This document shows positions 27,981 to 37,128 of a DNA stretch of 64,000 nucleotides, in pieces. The position numbers and the translations under genes were made by a program. The notes under the pieces are model-generated. The model searched no databases. It had not been told where the DNA came from and saw only the letters and a list, made by a program, of their open reading frames with translations. The stretch is taken from positions 70,615 through 134,614 of the forward strand of contig CAZXND010000002.1 in NCBI GenBank assembly GCA_964641355.1. Direction: 5' to 3'. The stretch's first letter is position 1. Each line of letters begins with the position of its first letter. Source of the stretch: an uncultured Gammaproteobacteria bacterium. Its GTDB lineage: Bacteria; Patescibacteriota; Microgenomatia; Levybacterales; GWA1-39-11.

Positions 27981-28900
27981 AGCAATAAGGTTTGCTTATA
28001 TGTATTTATGTAATATCTATTACCAGTTAATAATCCCAAAATAATTACTATAATTGATTTTATAGAAAGTATACCTCTAACCGCAAGATATTGAATTTCT
28101 CCTTTATTCTTTTTGAAAAAATAAAAAATTCCCGTATAAATATTTACGATGGCAAATGAACGATTAGAACTTCCATGTTTAAAATGTTCAATTTCAAATT
28201 TGGGATTAAAAAGGACTTTATAACCACTCTTTTTCGCCCTGTAACAAAGATCCATATCCTCTACATACATAAAATAATTTTCATCATATCCATTTAGTTT
28301 TTCAAAAATACTTCTTTGTGCAAATAAAAATCCACCACTTACATAGTCAACAAATTTTTTAATTGGAGGAGACGATCTCAAACCAAAAAAATTCTCTAGT
28401 CCTAATGCAAGCCAAAAGATATTAGAAACATCATAAAATTTTCCCGTGGACTTTTCGACAACACTTCCGGAGAACATTTTACCACCTACAATAGCCACAT
28501 CTCCTTTTAAATCTTCTACAATTTCAAGTAAATATTCATTTACAAACTTTGAATCAGGGTTAAGCAGTAATATATTATTTCCTTTAGCTTCCTTCGCTCC
28601 TAAATTTACACCTGCAGCGTACCCAACATTTTTCTTATTCAAAACTAAAGTTATATTTTCTTTTATTTTTATCATCTCTTCTTTGTTTTTTTTCTCTGCA
28701 AAAAAATCAAAGAGAACTTCTACCGTATTGTCTGTAGAACCATTATCAACAATAATCAACTCTATTTTTTCATCCTCAATGTGCTTTTTATGAAAATAAA
28801 AGAGACTTTCAAGACAAGATGAAATATAGCTTTGAGAATTATAAGTGAGAATAATAATTGATACTTGAGCCATTTTAACGGAACCACGCGGAACGTCCAA
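27977..28900 (-). CDS. Glycosyltransferase family 2, GtrB/DPM1-like with C-terminal TM segment
   Basis: 307 aa. [21 protein letters not shown]...VDNGSTDNT. Hydrophobic C-terminus [10 protein letters not shown], consistent with a polyprenyl-phosphate sugar synthase. Confidence 0.75.
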   Translation of the reverse strand: MDVPRGSVKMAQVSIIILTYNSQSYISSCLESLFYFHKKHIEDEKIELIIVDNGSTDNTVEVLFDFFAEKKNKEEMIKIKENITLVLNKKNVGYAAGVNLGAKEAKGNNILLLNPDSKFVNEYLLEIVEDLKGDVAIVGGKMFSGSVVEKSTGKFYDVSNIFWLALGLENFFGLRSSPPIKKFVDYVSGGFLFAQRSIFEKLNGYDENYFMYVEDMDLCYRAKKSGYKVLFNPKFEIEHFKHGSSNRSFAIVNIYTGIFYFFKKNKGEIQYLAVRGILSIKSIIVIILGLLTGNRYYINTYKQTLLL

Positions 28901-29426
28901 GTCTATAATTTAAATCTTCTAATTTTCGCTCACCTATAACTTTTGCCGGAACTCCACCAACTACCTCTTTTGGTTTGACATCTTTAGTTACTACTGCACC
29001 TGCACCTATAACTGAACCCTTTCCAAGGGTAACTCCTGGAAGGATTATCGATCTTGGCCCAATAAAAACATAATCCTCTATGATAACAGGTGAAAAAACA
29101 GCTTTAAAATTTTCATCATTAACGTCATGTTCACCATTATAGATCATGACTTCAGAAGCGATGTCAACATGATCACCTATTTTCAAAACATCTCTACCAT
29201 CAAGAGTAGCACCTTCTCCAATAATAGTATCCTTTCCGATAGAAATCCCCGATGGATTGTAAAAAATCGCTCTAGTGTGAATTGAAGATCCACGACCAAT
29301 TTTCATTCCTGCAAGTCGATAAAAGGCTCTTCTAAGATGGTGTGAAGGAAAGTGACCAATTAAATTTACTATAAAAACTTCAAATTCAAGCATAATAGTT
29401 TCAATTCTATGAGACACCCTATTCAT
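28875..29426 (-). CDS. Hexapeptide-repeat (LbH) sugar O-acetyltransferase
   Basis: 183 aa. Repeated [LIV]GxxxxI hexapeptides: [43 protein letters not shown]. Confidence 0.8.
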   Translation of the reverse strand: MNRVSHRIETIMLEFEVFIVNLIGHFPSHHLRRAFYRLAGMKIGRGSSIHTRAIFYNPSGISIGKDTIIGEGATLDGRDVLKIGDHVDIASEVMIYNGEHDVNDENFKAVFSPVIIEDYVFIGPRSIILPGVTLGKGSVIGAGAVVTKDVKPKEVVGGVPAKVIGERKLEDLNYRLGRSAWFR

Positions 29427-30588
29427 TTTTACCTCCTACAGCCTCCAGAATCGAAAGAGTTTTTTCCGCAGCAATACTCCATGAAAAATTTTTGATCTGT
29501 TCGTATCCTTTCTCTACCATTTTATTCCTAAGATCTGAATCCTGTAAGACCTTCTCTATCTTATCCACTATATCATCAACTTTTTCAGGGTTTACATACA
29601 ATGCTGCTTCTCCCCCCGCCTCAGGCATACTAGATATATTACTAGTTATAACAGGACATCCATACTTCATAGCCTCGAGAATGGGGAGCCCGAAGCCTTC
29701 GTAAAGACTGGGCAAAACAAGACATTCTGCATATTTGTAAAAAGCGGGAAGATCTAAATTGGAAACAGATTCTAGAATAATTACGCTATCCTCGACTCCG
29801 TATTTTGCAGGGGAAGAAAGATCTTCATCATAACTCCATCCCCTTTTCCCAACAATCACAAGCTTCAGATCGGATCTATTCTTCTTTTTCACTACCGAAA
29901 AGGCTTCAACGAGTCTTTTTATATTTTTTCTAGGCTGAAGCGTACCAACAAAAAGCAAATAAGGACTGGTGAAATTATATTTATTGTGCAACTCTTCTTT
30001 TGTCATTGATTCAAGATTAAATTCTTTTATCCCAGGATAAACCACATTAACTCTTTTCGAATCTACTTTATACATTTTAATTATATCATCTTTACTTGAA
30101 TTACTAATTGTAACTATTCTTTTTGCATGTTTTACAGAATACTCTCCCCAAACGGCAAGCTTATATAAGTCAATTTTTTTAAATAATTCGGGATAGTACC
30201 TATAAGAAACATCGAGAATAGATATTACTTGAGGAACTGAAATAAATGGAGGAGAATAATGCGTCGGAGAAAAGAAAACATCTAAATTAGGTTTTCTTCT
30301 AATAAATTCCCATGTCAAACCTGAAATGGTCCAAAGAGGCTTAGAGGGTATTATTTTATACGTCCATCCACTTCTTTCTGCAGGGAAATCCGAACTTGGA
30401 TAACCTGGTAAATATATTATGTATTCATTTTTCTTATCTAGCTTCTCAAGTTCTAAAAGAATACGAAAACAAAATTCTGAGCTTCCCACCCTATTCGGTA
30501 AGCCTTGATAATCGAATCCAAACCTTGGAACAACAGCTTCAAAACCATTTATACCTATTTTCATATTAAAAAATACCAGGGTAAACAA
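29419..30588 (-). CDS. Glycosyltransferase family 4
   Basis: 389 aa. C-terminal [39 protein letters not shown]. Confidence 0.8.
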   Translation of the reverse strand: MFTLVFFNMKIGINGFEAVVPRFGFDYQGLPNRVGSSEFCFRILLELEKLDKKNEYIIYLPGYPSSDFPAERSGWTYKIIPSKPLWTISGLTWEFIRRKPNLDVFFSPTHYSPPFISVPQVISILDVSYRYYPELFKKIDLYKLAVWGEYSVKHAKRIVTISNSSKDDIIKMYKVDSKRVNVVYPGIKEFNLESMTKEELHNKYNFTSPYLLFVGTLQPRKNIKRLVEAFSVVKKKNRSDLKLVIVGKRGWSYDEDLSSPAKYGVEDSVIILESVSNLDLPAFYKYAECLVLPSLYEGFGLPILEAMKYGCPVITSNISSMPEAGGEAALYVNPEKVDDIVDKIEKVLQDSDLRNKMVEKGYEQIKNFSWSIAAEKTLSILEAVGGKNE

Positions 30589-31099
30589 CTTCGAGTCTAT
30601 CCGAAGCTATTCCCAGTAACTCTTCAGCATCCTTTTTTGTAGAATTTGATATACAAATTATCGCTTTTGACTCTTTTTTTACCCACTCAAGCTTTCTTTT
30701 TTGAACTGAAATAATTCTTTTATTTGTCTCATTCGGTACTTTTAGAACAACAAGATCATATAGGATGGTCACTTTTTTCGCATTCTTTACAGGAGGTTCT
30801 GTCCAATCCGAAGAAATATAAATATCTAAATCCCCTAAAAAAATTTCTATTGGAAGAACATGAAGTCTATTCCACAAAAAATCCAGTAATACTGGAGGAA
30901 ATTTTAAGAACTTAAATTTAACATTTATACCCTTCAATCTTTCCAATATTTCATAGCTAGGTTTTTTTCTAAGACTTGAAAACATCAAGATATATTCGTT
31001 TCTACCATCACTCTTAACAAGATTTGAAACCAACTCAATAAGAAGATTACTCACTCCCCCATTATAAATAGCTTGACTCATATCGATACCAATTACCAT
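30566..31099 (-). CDS. GT4 N-terminal-domain-only protein (possible remnant or split glycosyltransferase)
   Basis: 177 aa. Resembles only the Glyco_trans_4 N-terminal Rossmann half (MVIGIDMSQAIYNGGVSNL...) and ends at the inter-domain linker (VVYPGIF). The next gene starts a new complete GT4. Confidence 0.4.
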   Translation of the reverse strand: MVIGIDMSQAIYNGGVSNLLIELVSNLVKSDGRNEYILMFSSLRKKPSYEILERLKGINVKFKFLKFPPVLLDFLWNRLHVLPIEIFLGDLDIYISSDWTEPPVKNAKKVTILYDLVVLKVPNETNKRIISVQKRKLEWVKKESKAIICISNSTKKDAEELLGIASDRLEVVYPGIF

Positions 31100-31173
31100 A
31101 TAACCAAATTTTACTCAATTTTTACCTAAGTAGCAAAAAACTATAATTATCTTATTACTATATAATATAAGTA

Positions 31174-31839
31174 ATGGAAGAATTTAACTTTCTAACTTGG
31201 CTCGGCCATGCCAGTTTTAAGATCGAAGACATTGAGACAAATTCAGTTTTTTATTATATCGATCCTTTTCAATTACCTAAAATAATGTACGATCCAGCAG
31301 ACGCAATATTTATTACTCACACCCATTATGATCATTTTTCAGTAAATGATATAAAGAACCTCTTAAAAGAGGACACAGTTATTGTTGGTCCAAAAGATTG
31401 TACTCCAAACATAGTACAAAAGAGATTTGAAGTTGCTCCAAACAAAAAATATGAAATTAATAGGATACAATTCTCGACCTTGCCTGCTTACAATTTACAT
31501 TCTGAAAGGCTTTCATTTCATCCAAAAGAAAATGGTTGGGTAGGATATATTTTTAATGTAAATGGTAAAAAAATCTATCACGCAGGGGATACTGATTTCA
31601 TTCCTGAGATGGAAAATTTAGAAAAAGAAAATATTGATCTAGCGCTATTACCAATTGGCGGAACGTACACCATGGACACTGTTGAAGCCATCGAAGCAGC
31701 TAATGCTATTTCGGCTAAATTTACTGCTCCAATACATTATAAAGGACTTTTGAAGGAAAAAAGCTTAGTGGAAGAAGAAAAATTTAAAAATGGAGTTAAA
31801 AATTCAAAAGTCATTATCTTAAAAGATCTTTCTGATTAA
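31174..31839 (+). CDS. Metallo-beta-lactamase-fold hydrolase
   Basis: 221 aa. ITHTHYDHF metal-binding motif (HxHxDH) and later HAGDTD. Only plus-strand gene in this part of the island. Confidence 0.7.
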   Translation: MEEFNFLTWLGHASFKIEDIETNSVFYYIDPFQLPKIMYDPADAIFITHTHYDHFSVNDIKNLLKEDTVIVGPKDCTPNIVQKRFEVAPNKKYEINRIQFSTLPAYNLHSERLSFHPKENGWVGYIFNVNGKKIYHAGDTDFIPEMENLEKENIDLALLPIGGTYTMDTVEAIEAANAISAKFTAPIHYKGLLKEKSLVEEEKFKNGVKNSKVIILKDLSD

Positions 31840-32060
31840 TAGCGACGTCCTTTATATTCAAATATCAATCTAATTAGCCCTGTCAACAATAGGATGAAGG
31901 AGTAAACAATCATCCTTTGTGCAGTAAAAAAGATCCAAAAGTAAAATAATGGAATAGAAAGAATTATCAAAATAAGACCGGAACCAATAAAAAGCTTAGA
32001 ATTATTTTTCCATATTAAAAAAAATAAATATAAAATGAAAAATAAATCTTGAATCTTCAT
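31836..32060 (-). CDS. Small membrane protein, unknown
   Basis: 74 aa, two hydrophobic helices. Compositionally plausible but unsupported. Confidence 0.25.
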   Translation of the reverse strand: MKIQDLFFILYLFFLIWKNNSKLFIGSGLILIILSIPLFYFWIFFTAQRMIVYSFILLLTGLIRLIFEYKGRRY

Positions 32061-32065
32061 ATACT

Positions 32066-33001
32066 TTATTCTGCTCTTACTACGAAAACGTCGCCTAATC
32101 TTATTTTATTTGATAACCACTCAAAGGGATAAAATAATAAGAAAAAGAAAAGATTATGTATTAAATCAATTTTTACTCCCATAAGATCATTAATAAAATA
32201 TTGGATACTCCCCGGAATACCACCTGCGGCACAATATTCAACTTTGAGATTTTTAAATCCACTTTTTACAAGAAGAGTCTTCAATGTTTTAGGTGAAAAA
32301 ATGTATAAATGCCTCGGAGAATCCAAGTTGTACCAATAAGACCCGAACAATTTGCACAAAAAACTTTCAGAATTAGGAGTTCCAATTAATAATTGTCCTT
32401 CCTTTTTCAGTTTTTTTCTTATTAACTTCAAACATAATTCAGGATTATCTATATGTTCAATTACATGATAAAGTCTTACTGAATCAAAAAATCTATCTGG
32501 AAATTTTCTAATATCTTTATAACTTCCTAAGTTAACATTTTTAAGTCCCCTTTTTTTTGCATTATCTACCGCCCACTTATCTACATCAAGACCATAAGCT
32601 TTCCACCCAAGTTTTTTAAGAGACAACAGAGTATCCCCAGCACCACAACCTAAATCTAATACCTTTCCATTAATAACTGAGTTAGGAATCGCTGGAACGT
32701 TCTGAATAAATTTTGAAATAATAAACGCAAAAAAATTCTGTGAATAATATTGACTAAACAAATAACTTCTAAGTTTTTGTGCTACACCTTGAGATTTATT
32801 TATATTATATGCATAATAATTTTTACTCGGGTAATATTTTTTAAGTTCGGAAGAACCAGGCTGAGGAGATAGTAGAAGCAGACCACATTTTTCACATTTT
32901 AATATAGAAAATCTGCCTTTAATTCCATGCATCCGATCCTCTGAGTTGTAGATCTTTTTTAGATTATTTGACTTACAAACAATACATTTTTGAATTTTCA
33001 T
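32066..33001 (-). CDS. Class I SAM-dependent methyltransferase with N-terminal Cys4 zinc ribbon
   Basis: 311 aa. CIVCKS...CEKCG zinc-ribbon, then VLDLGCGAGDTL SAM motif I. Embedded in the glycan locus, so likely a sugar or glycan O-methyltransferase. Confidence 0.7.
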   Translation of the reverse strand: MKIQKCIVCKSNNLKKIYNSEDRMHGIKGRFSILKCEKCGLLLLSPQPGSSELKKYYPSKNYYAYNINKSQGVAQKLRSYLFSQYYSQNFFAFIISKFIQNVPAIPNSVINGKVLDLGCGAGDTLLSLKKLGWKAYGLDVDKWAVDNAKKRGLKNVNLGSYKDIRKFPDRFFDSVRLYHVIEHIDNPELCLKLIRKKLKKEGQLLIGTPNSESFLCKLFGSYWYNLDSPRHLYIFSPKTLKTLLVKSGFKNLKVEYCAAGGIPGSIQYFINDLMGVKIDLIHNLFFFLLFYPFEWLSNKIRLGDVFVVRAE

Positions 33002-33002
33002 G

Positions 33003-34028
33003 TTAGTCTTTATACTCTTGTGTCGTTTTAAATAAAGAATAGTAATAGTAATTAAAATTTGGACTTTTTTTAATAAATTTATTTATCTCTTTATCACTTA
33101 CCTTTCTGATCTTTTTTTGTATTATTTTTCTTTTTAAAAAACTATGTCTAATATTAACCATATTCCATAAATAAGCAGCTAGTGCCGATTTCACCAAACC
33201 AAATTTTAACCGTATTGCAAAATTTATAATAATTACAAATTGTACCAACAAGAAAATGGGGAACACTGTTATCAGGTTTCTTGTTCCAAAGTTTTTAATA
33301 TATGAACAATTCATGTTTTTAAAAGTTAGATAGATTCTTCTTTCATATTTGTATTTATCAGATGAAATAGTATCCCCCCCCACCACATGGTAAATCAATG
33401 ACCTTGGTTCATAAATAACTTTATAACCAGAGAGCCATACCCTAAAACATAAATCACTTTCCTCAAAAAAAATGAAAAAATCTCTATCAAAAACTCCAAT
33501 TTTATTGAGCACTTTTCTTGGGAATATAATACATGCTCCTTTAGCGGAAAAGATTTCACGTTTTACATTATATTTTTTTAGATCATAAGGTTTTCTATAA
33601 CCAAAATGATAAAGAAACCCAGTAAAACTGATATAAGATCCAACTTCATCAATTAAATTTGACTCTCTCATTACCCTAATTTGTGGCTGTATACAACCAA
33701 TTTTAGGATCTCCTTTAAAATCACTAATCATCTCCGTCAAAAAATTAGGAGTCACTTTAGTATCATTATTTAAGAAAAGAATATATTCTCCCTTTGCTAA
33801 TTTAAATCCTGAATTATTTCCCTGAGCAAACCCCTGATTTTTTTTATTTTCCAACAAACGGACTTTAGGAAAATTATTTTTGATATAAGGTACAGAACCA
33901 TCTGTTGATGCATTGTCGACAACGATTATTTCATAATTTGGATAATTAATTTTACTGAGGGAAGTTAAGCAATTTTTCAGGAATTTTTTTCCATTCCAAT
34001 TTAAAATTACTATAGAAACTTTTGGCAT
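33003..34028 (-). CDS. Glycosyltransferase family 2 with C-terminal TM
   Basis: 341 aa. VSIVILNWNGKKFLKNCLTSL...VVDNASTDGS. C-terminal hydrophobic segment ITVFPIFLLVQFVIIINFAI. Confidence 0.8.
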   Translation of the reverse strand: MPKVSIVILNWNGKKFLKNCLTSLSKINYPNYEIIVVDNASTDGSVPYIKNNFPKVRLLENKKNQGFAQGNNSGFKLAKGEYILFLNNDTKVTPNFLTEMISDFKGDPKIGCIQPQIRVMRESNLIDEVGSYISFTGFLYHFGYRKPYDLKKYNVKREIFSAKGACIIFPRKVLNKIGVFDRDFFIFFEESDLCFRVWLSGYKVIYEPRSLIYHVVGGDTISSDKYKYERRIYLTFKNMNCSYIKNFGTRNLITVFPIFLLVQFVIIINFAIRLKFGLVKSALAAYLWNMVNIRHSFLKRKIIQKKIRKVSDKEINKFIKKSPNFNYYYYSLFKTTQEYKD

Positions 34029-34035
34029 TGTGGAC

Positions 34036-35064
34036 TTATATCAATTTCTTGCTCCAACTTTTGGGAAGATCTTTCGTCTCAAGCTCTAATCCTTCTTTAA
34101 GATATTTGAATTTTTGTGGCCCTTTTTCTCTTGCCCATTCGACCATTTTTTCTATCCCCTCTTCAAAGTTAACTGATGTTTTATACTTTAAAAACTTTAC
34201 GGCTTTATGGTTGGTACAAAAAGCATCTTTTACCTCTTGAGGTCTAAGAGGAAGAAATTTTGGCTTCAATCTTGCAGGAACGGATCCATCTCTAAAAAAT
34301 TTTTTTAATATTATTGATGATAGTTCATTAATAGTATACTCTTCAGTAGGACCTATGTTGATAACTTCTCCATCACAATTTTTATCAAAACCCGCTTTTG
34401 CGATATAAGGGGTAAAGTCGTCAATATATGTAAATGCCCTCTTCTGCTTCCCATCTCCATAAATATAATAGTTTTTGTTATTTAGGAGGCAATTAATAAA
34501 GATTGCTATGACATTTCTATAAGGATCAGCTAGATTCTGCTTAGGACCGTAAACATTATGGGGTCTAATAATAACATATTTAAATCCGTGAACTTTGGCT
34601 AGTATTTGAGTTGCATCTTCCATAGCGGACTTTGCGATCCCGTATATGTCTTCAGGCAGTTTTAACATATCTTCTGAGAAAGGTGCGCCCTGTCCACCAT
34701 AAACACTCATTGAACTAGTCAATACAATTTTTTTAAGACCATACTTTATTGCTGGTATTATAAGATACATATATGCCAAATAATTTCGCTCCGTAGAATT
34801 AAGAGGAGTAAACTGACTTCTTCCCTCTGATGCATCGGCAGCAAGGTGGTAAATTAAATCCGGTTTTATTCTTTTAATATACTCGTTAGTTTTTTTTCTA
34901 TCTCTAAGGTCCAATTTTGTAAATTTAGCTTTCTTGTTTAGATTTTCTAGATATCCACCCGAAAGATCGTCAACAGCATAGACTATACTTGCTTTATCCT
35001 TTACTAGATAATCAACTAAATGACTACCCATAAATCCTGCAGCACCAGTAACAAGAATTTTCAT
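34036..35064 (-). CDS. NAD-dependent nucleotide-sugar epimerase/dehydratase (extended SDR)
   Basis: 342 aa. MKILVTGAAGFMGSHLVDYL Rossmann GxxGxxG. YxxxK catalytic motif (YGIAKSAME). Confidence 0.75.
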   Translation of the reverse strand: MKILVTGAAGFMGSHLVDYLVKDKASIVYAVDDLSGGYLENLNKKAKFTKLDLRDRKKTNEYIKRIKPDLIYHLAADASEGRSQFTPLNSTERNYLAYMYLIIPAIKYGLKKIVLTSSMSVYGGQGAPFSEDMLKLPEDIYGIAKSAMEDATQILAKVHGFKYVIIRPHNVYGPKQNLADPYRNVIAIFINCLLNNKNYYIYGDGKQKRAFTYIDDFTPYIAKAGFDKNCDGEVINIGPTEEYTINELSSIILKKFFRDGSVPARLKPKFLPLRPQEVKDAFCTNHKAVKFLKYKTSVNFEEGIEKMVEWAREKGPQKFKYLKEGLELETKDLPKSWSKKLI

Positions 35065-35094
35065 GTTTAATTAATAAGTGATTATATCTGACGT

Positions 35095-37128
35095 TTATTT
35101 TTTGTGCAACAAATTTTTCTTATTTAGATAAATCAATGTAAAGATAACACTAATTATAGAAATTAGCGAGATTATTCTCCCATAAAAATAGTAGTCTTCT
35201 AGTACGAAATAGATTTTTAACTGATGACTACCTTGATCAACATCAAAACTATTAAGATTATTGAAGTTCTTTGAATAGTAAGTCTTATTATTCTCCACAG
35301 CTATCCAATAAGGGCTGAAGGATTCGGAAAAAATTAATTTATCTGACTTATTTAAATTTAAGTTTACTTGATATAAATAAGGGGAGATCATTTTATAAGA
35401 TGGTTCCTTACTGTTAATATCATCTAAAATATAAAAATGATTTTTTCTTTTGGATGTTTGAAATACAGCTATTTTGCCATATCCATAAATTCTTTTAAGA
35501 TAAACGTTCTTTTCTAGTCTCTTAATCAAAGACTCGTATAACTTTTCATCATATTTTCTATCCTTCATAAAAATCTCTCCCAAAGAATCGTAAGGAACAA
35601 TTACATATTCAATACCTAATTCTTGAAGTTTTTTTTGCGATGAAGAGCTTGAAAGAATTTTTACTATTTTCTGCGGATCAGTCTCATGAAAAAGCGGAGA
35701 GGCTTCTACTGAGGGGTGAATATTAGAGTAGTAGGAAAATCTTTGTTGTCTTGGAATCCAAAGAGTTCTAAAAAAATCATGCTGATTATACAAAAAGCTT
35801 TTTAGTTTAATATATTCTTGAGGAATCTCCTTTTTTTTAAATGTTCCAGAGAGTCCATTGAATACCCCTGGAAGGATCAAAAAGCTCCAAATAAGAATAA
35901 ATAGTATTGGAACAAAATTTTTTAGATTATTTACTCTTAAATCCATAATTCTTTGTAAAGAGTATGGGATCAAAATAGTAGTGGAAATAATTACCAATAT
36001 GTAGAACTTAGATGAGTCTCTAAAAAAAACAAATCCTGGCACCTTAGAAAAAAGGAAAATATAAGATTCCCCTAAGGGAAAATTTGAACCCTTCGAAAAA
36101 AAAGCACCTATTAGAAATAACAATCCAAAATACATAATCATGATGAACTCATTTTTCTTTTTAAGAGGCGAGAGTATTAAGCCTAAAAGTGCAAGAGCTG
36201 GAAGAATTAGAAATTCACCCTTCATAAATGAGACTTTTCCAAAAATATTTTCAGGCCAATTTGGGTGTAATAACGAAATAGTCTGAGGAAGACCAGCAAA
36301 ACTTAAAAATTTCACTATTCCAATTCCCGTATACGATTCTCCAAAATTTCCACTAAAACTTTGCCTTGATAAGAAGTAAGGAAGCAGCCAACTCATATGA
36401 AACATGCATGTTAAAAAAAGAGGAATAAAAAACGCCCAAAAAAACCTTAAAAAATTGAAGGTATTAAAAAAGGAATATAATAAGAAGTAAACAATACCCG
36501 CAATCAAACTAATATACGCGACTCTTGGATCAAATATTACTTGCAGTGCCAGAGCAAGAGATAAAAGTAATGATAACTTTATCCTAATTCTTTTATTTTC
36601 TGAATTTATAACATTTAAGATGCACCCCACAACTAAGGGAGTTATCGAATAAGCTAAAAGGTAACCCATTTGCCCTCCATCCGCTATCATTAATACATAA
36701 GTATTTGTGGAAAAAATTAATATGCCAATGACTCTCGTCCATAATTTATTTTTAATAAGAACGATATTAGAGAGAAAATAGCTAGACAAAATTGAAAGAA
36801 TTATAAATAAACCAAACCAAAAAAACTTGTATGTTACTGTCCAAGGTACACCTAGTAAATTGACAGGAAAATGTGAAAAATTCTGATAAATTTGGAGAAA
36901 ATAAGTTTGATTTATCCCCCCCAATCCATTTGATTGCCAAGCATTCCATGACGGAACTATTAGACTGAATTCTTTTATAGTTTCGTTATAAAAATATGGC
37001 CAATCTCCCCCAATAATAAACTCGTGATCAAACCAATGAATATAGATAATTCCAAAAATTATAATTGAGATAATTAGCACTAATGAGTTGGTGAAGTTTT
37101 TTAAGAAAGTGTCTTTATTTAATTTCAT
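35095..37128 (-). CDS. Large polytopic membrane protein, member of a locus-specific paralog family (GT-C/YfhO-like candidate)
   Basis: 677 aa. N-terminal motif IIGGDWPYFYNE matches the GGDxxRLYFYDP motif of the three larger paralogs. Multi-TM core and a C-terminal TM anchor ...YGRIISLISIISVIFTLIYL. Confidence 0.45.
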   Translation of the reverse strand: MKLNKDTFLKNFTNSLVLIISIIIFGIIYIHWFDHEFIIGGDWPYFYNETIKEFSLIVPSWNAWQSNGLGGINQTYFLQIYQNFSHFPVNLLGVPWTVTYKFFWFGLFIILSILSSYFLSNIVLIKNKLWTRVIGILIFSTNTYVLMIADGGQMGYLLAYSITPLVVGCILNVINSENKRIRIKLSLLLSLALALQVIFDPRVAYISLIAGIVYFLLYSFFNTFNFLRFFWAFFIPLFLTCMFHMSWLLPYFLSRQSFSGNFGESYTGIGIVKFLSFAGLPQTISLLHPNWPENIFGKVSFMKGEFLILPALALLGLILSPLKKKNEFIMIMYFGLLFLIGAFFSKGSNFPLGESYIFLFSKVPGFVFFRDSSKFYILVIISTTILIPYSLQRIMDLRVNNLKNFVPILFILIWSFLILPGVFNGLSGTFKKKEIPQEYIKLKSFLYNQHDFFRTLWIPRQQRFSYYSNIHPSVEASPLFHETDPQKIVKILSSSSSQKKLQELGIEYVIVPYDSLGEIFMKDRKYDEKLYESLIKRLEKNVYLKRIYGYGKIAVFQTSKRKNHFYILDDINSKEPSYKMISPYLYQVNLNLNKSDKLIFSESFSPYWIAVENNKTYYSKNFNNLNSFDVDQGSHQLKIYFVLEDYYFYGRIISLISIISVIFTLIYLNKKNLLHKK

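Noticed and set aside
34036-35064. Tried to assign specific substrates (GalE, Gmd, UXS) to each of the six SDR epimerase/dehydratases
   Set aside because: The SDR signature motifs are shared across these subfamilies. Without alignments or phylogeny, only the 4,6-dehydratase-like, Fcl-like and RmlD-like tendencies could be stated.
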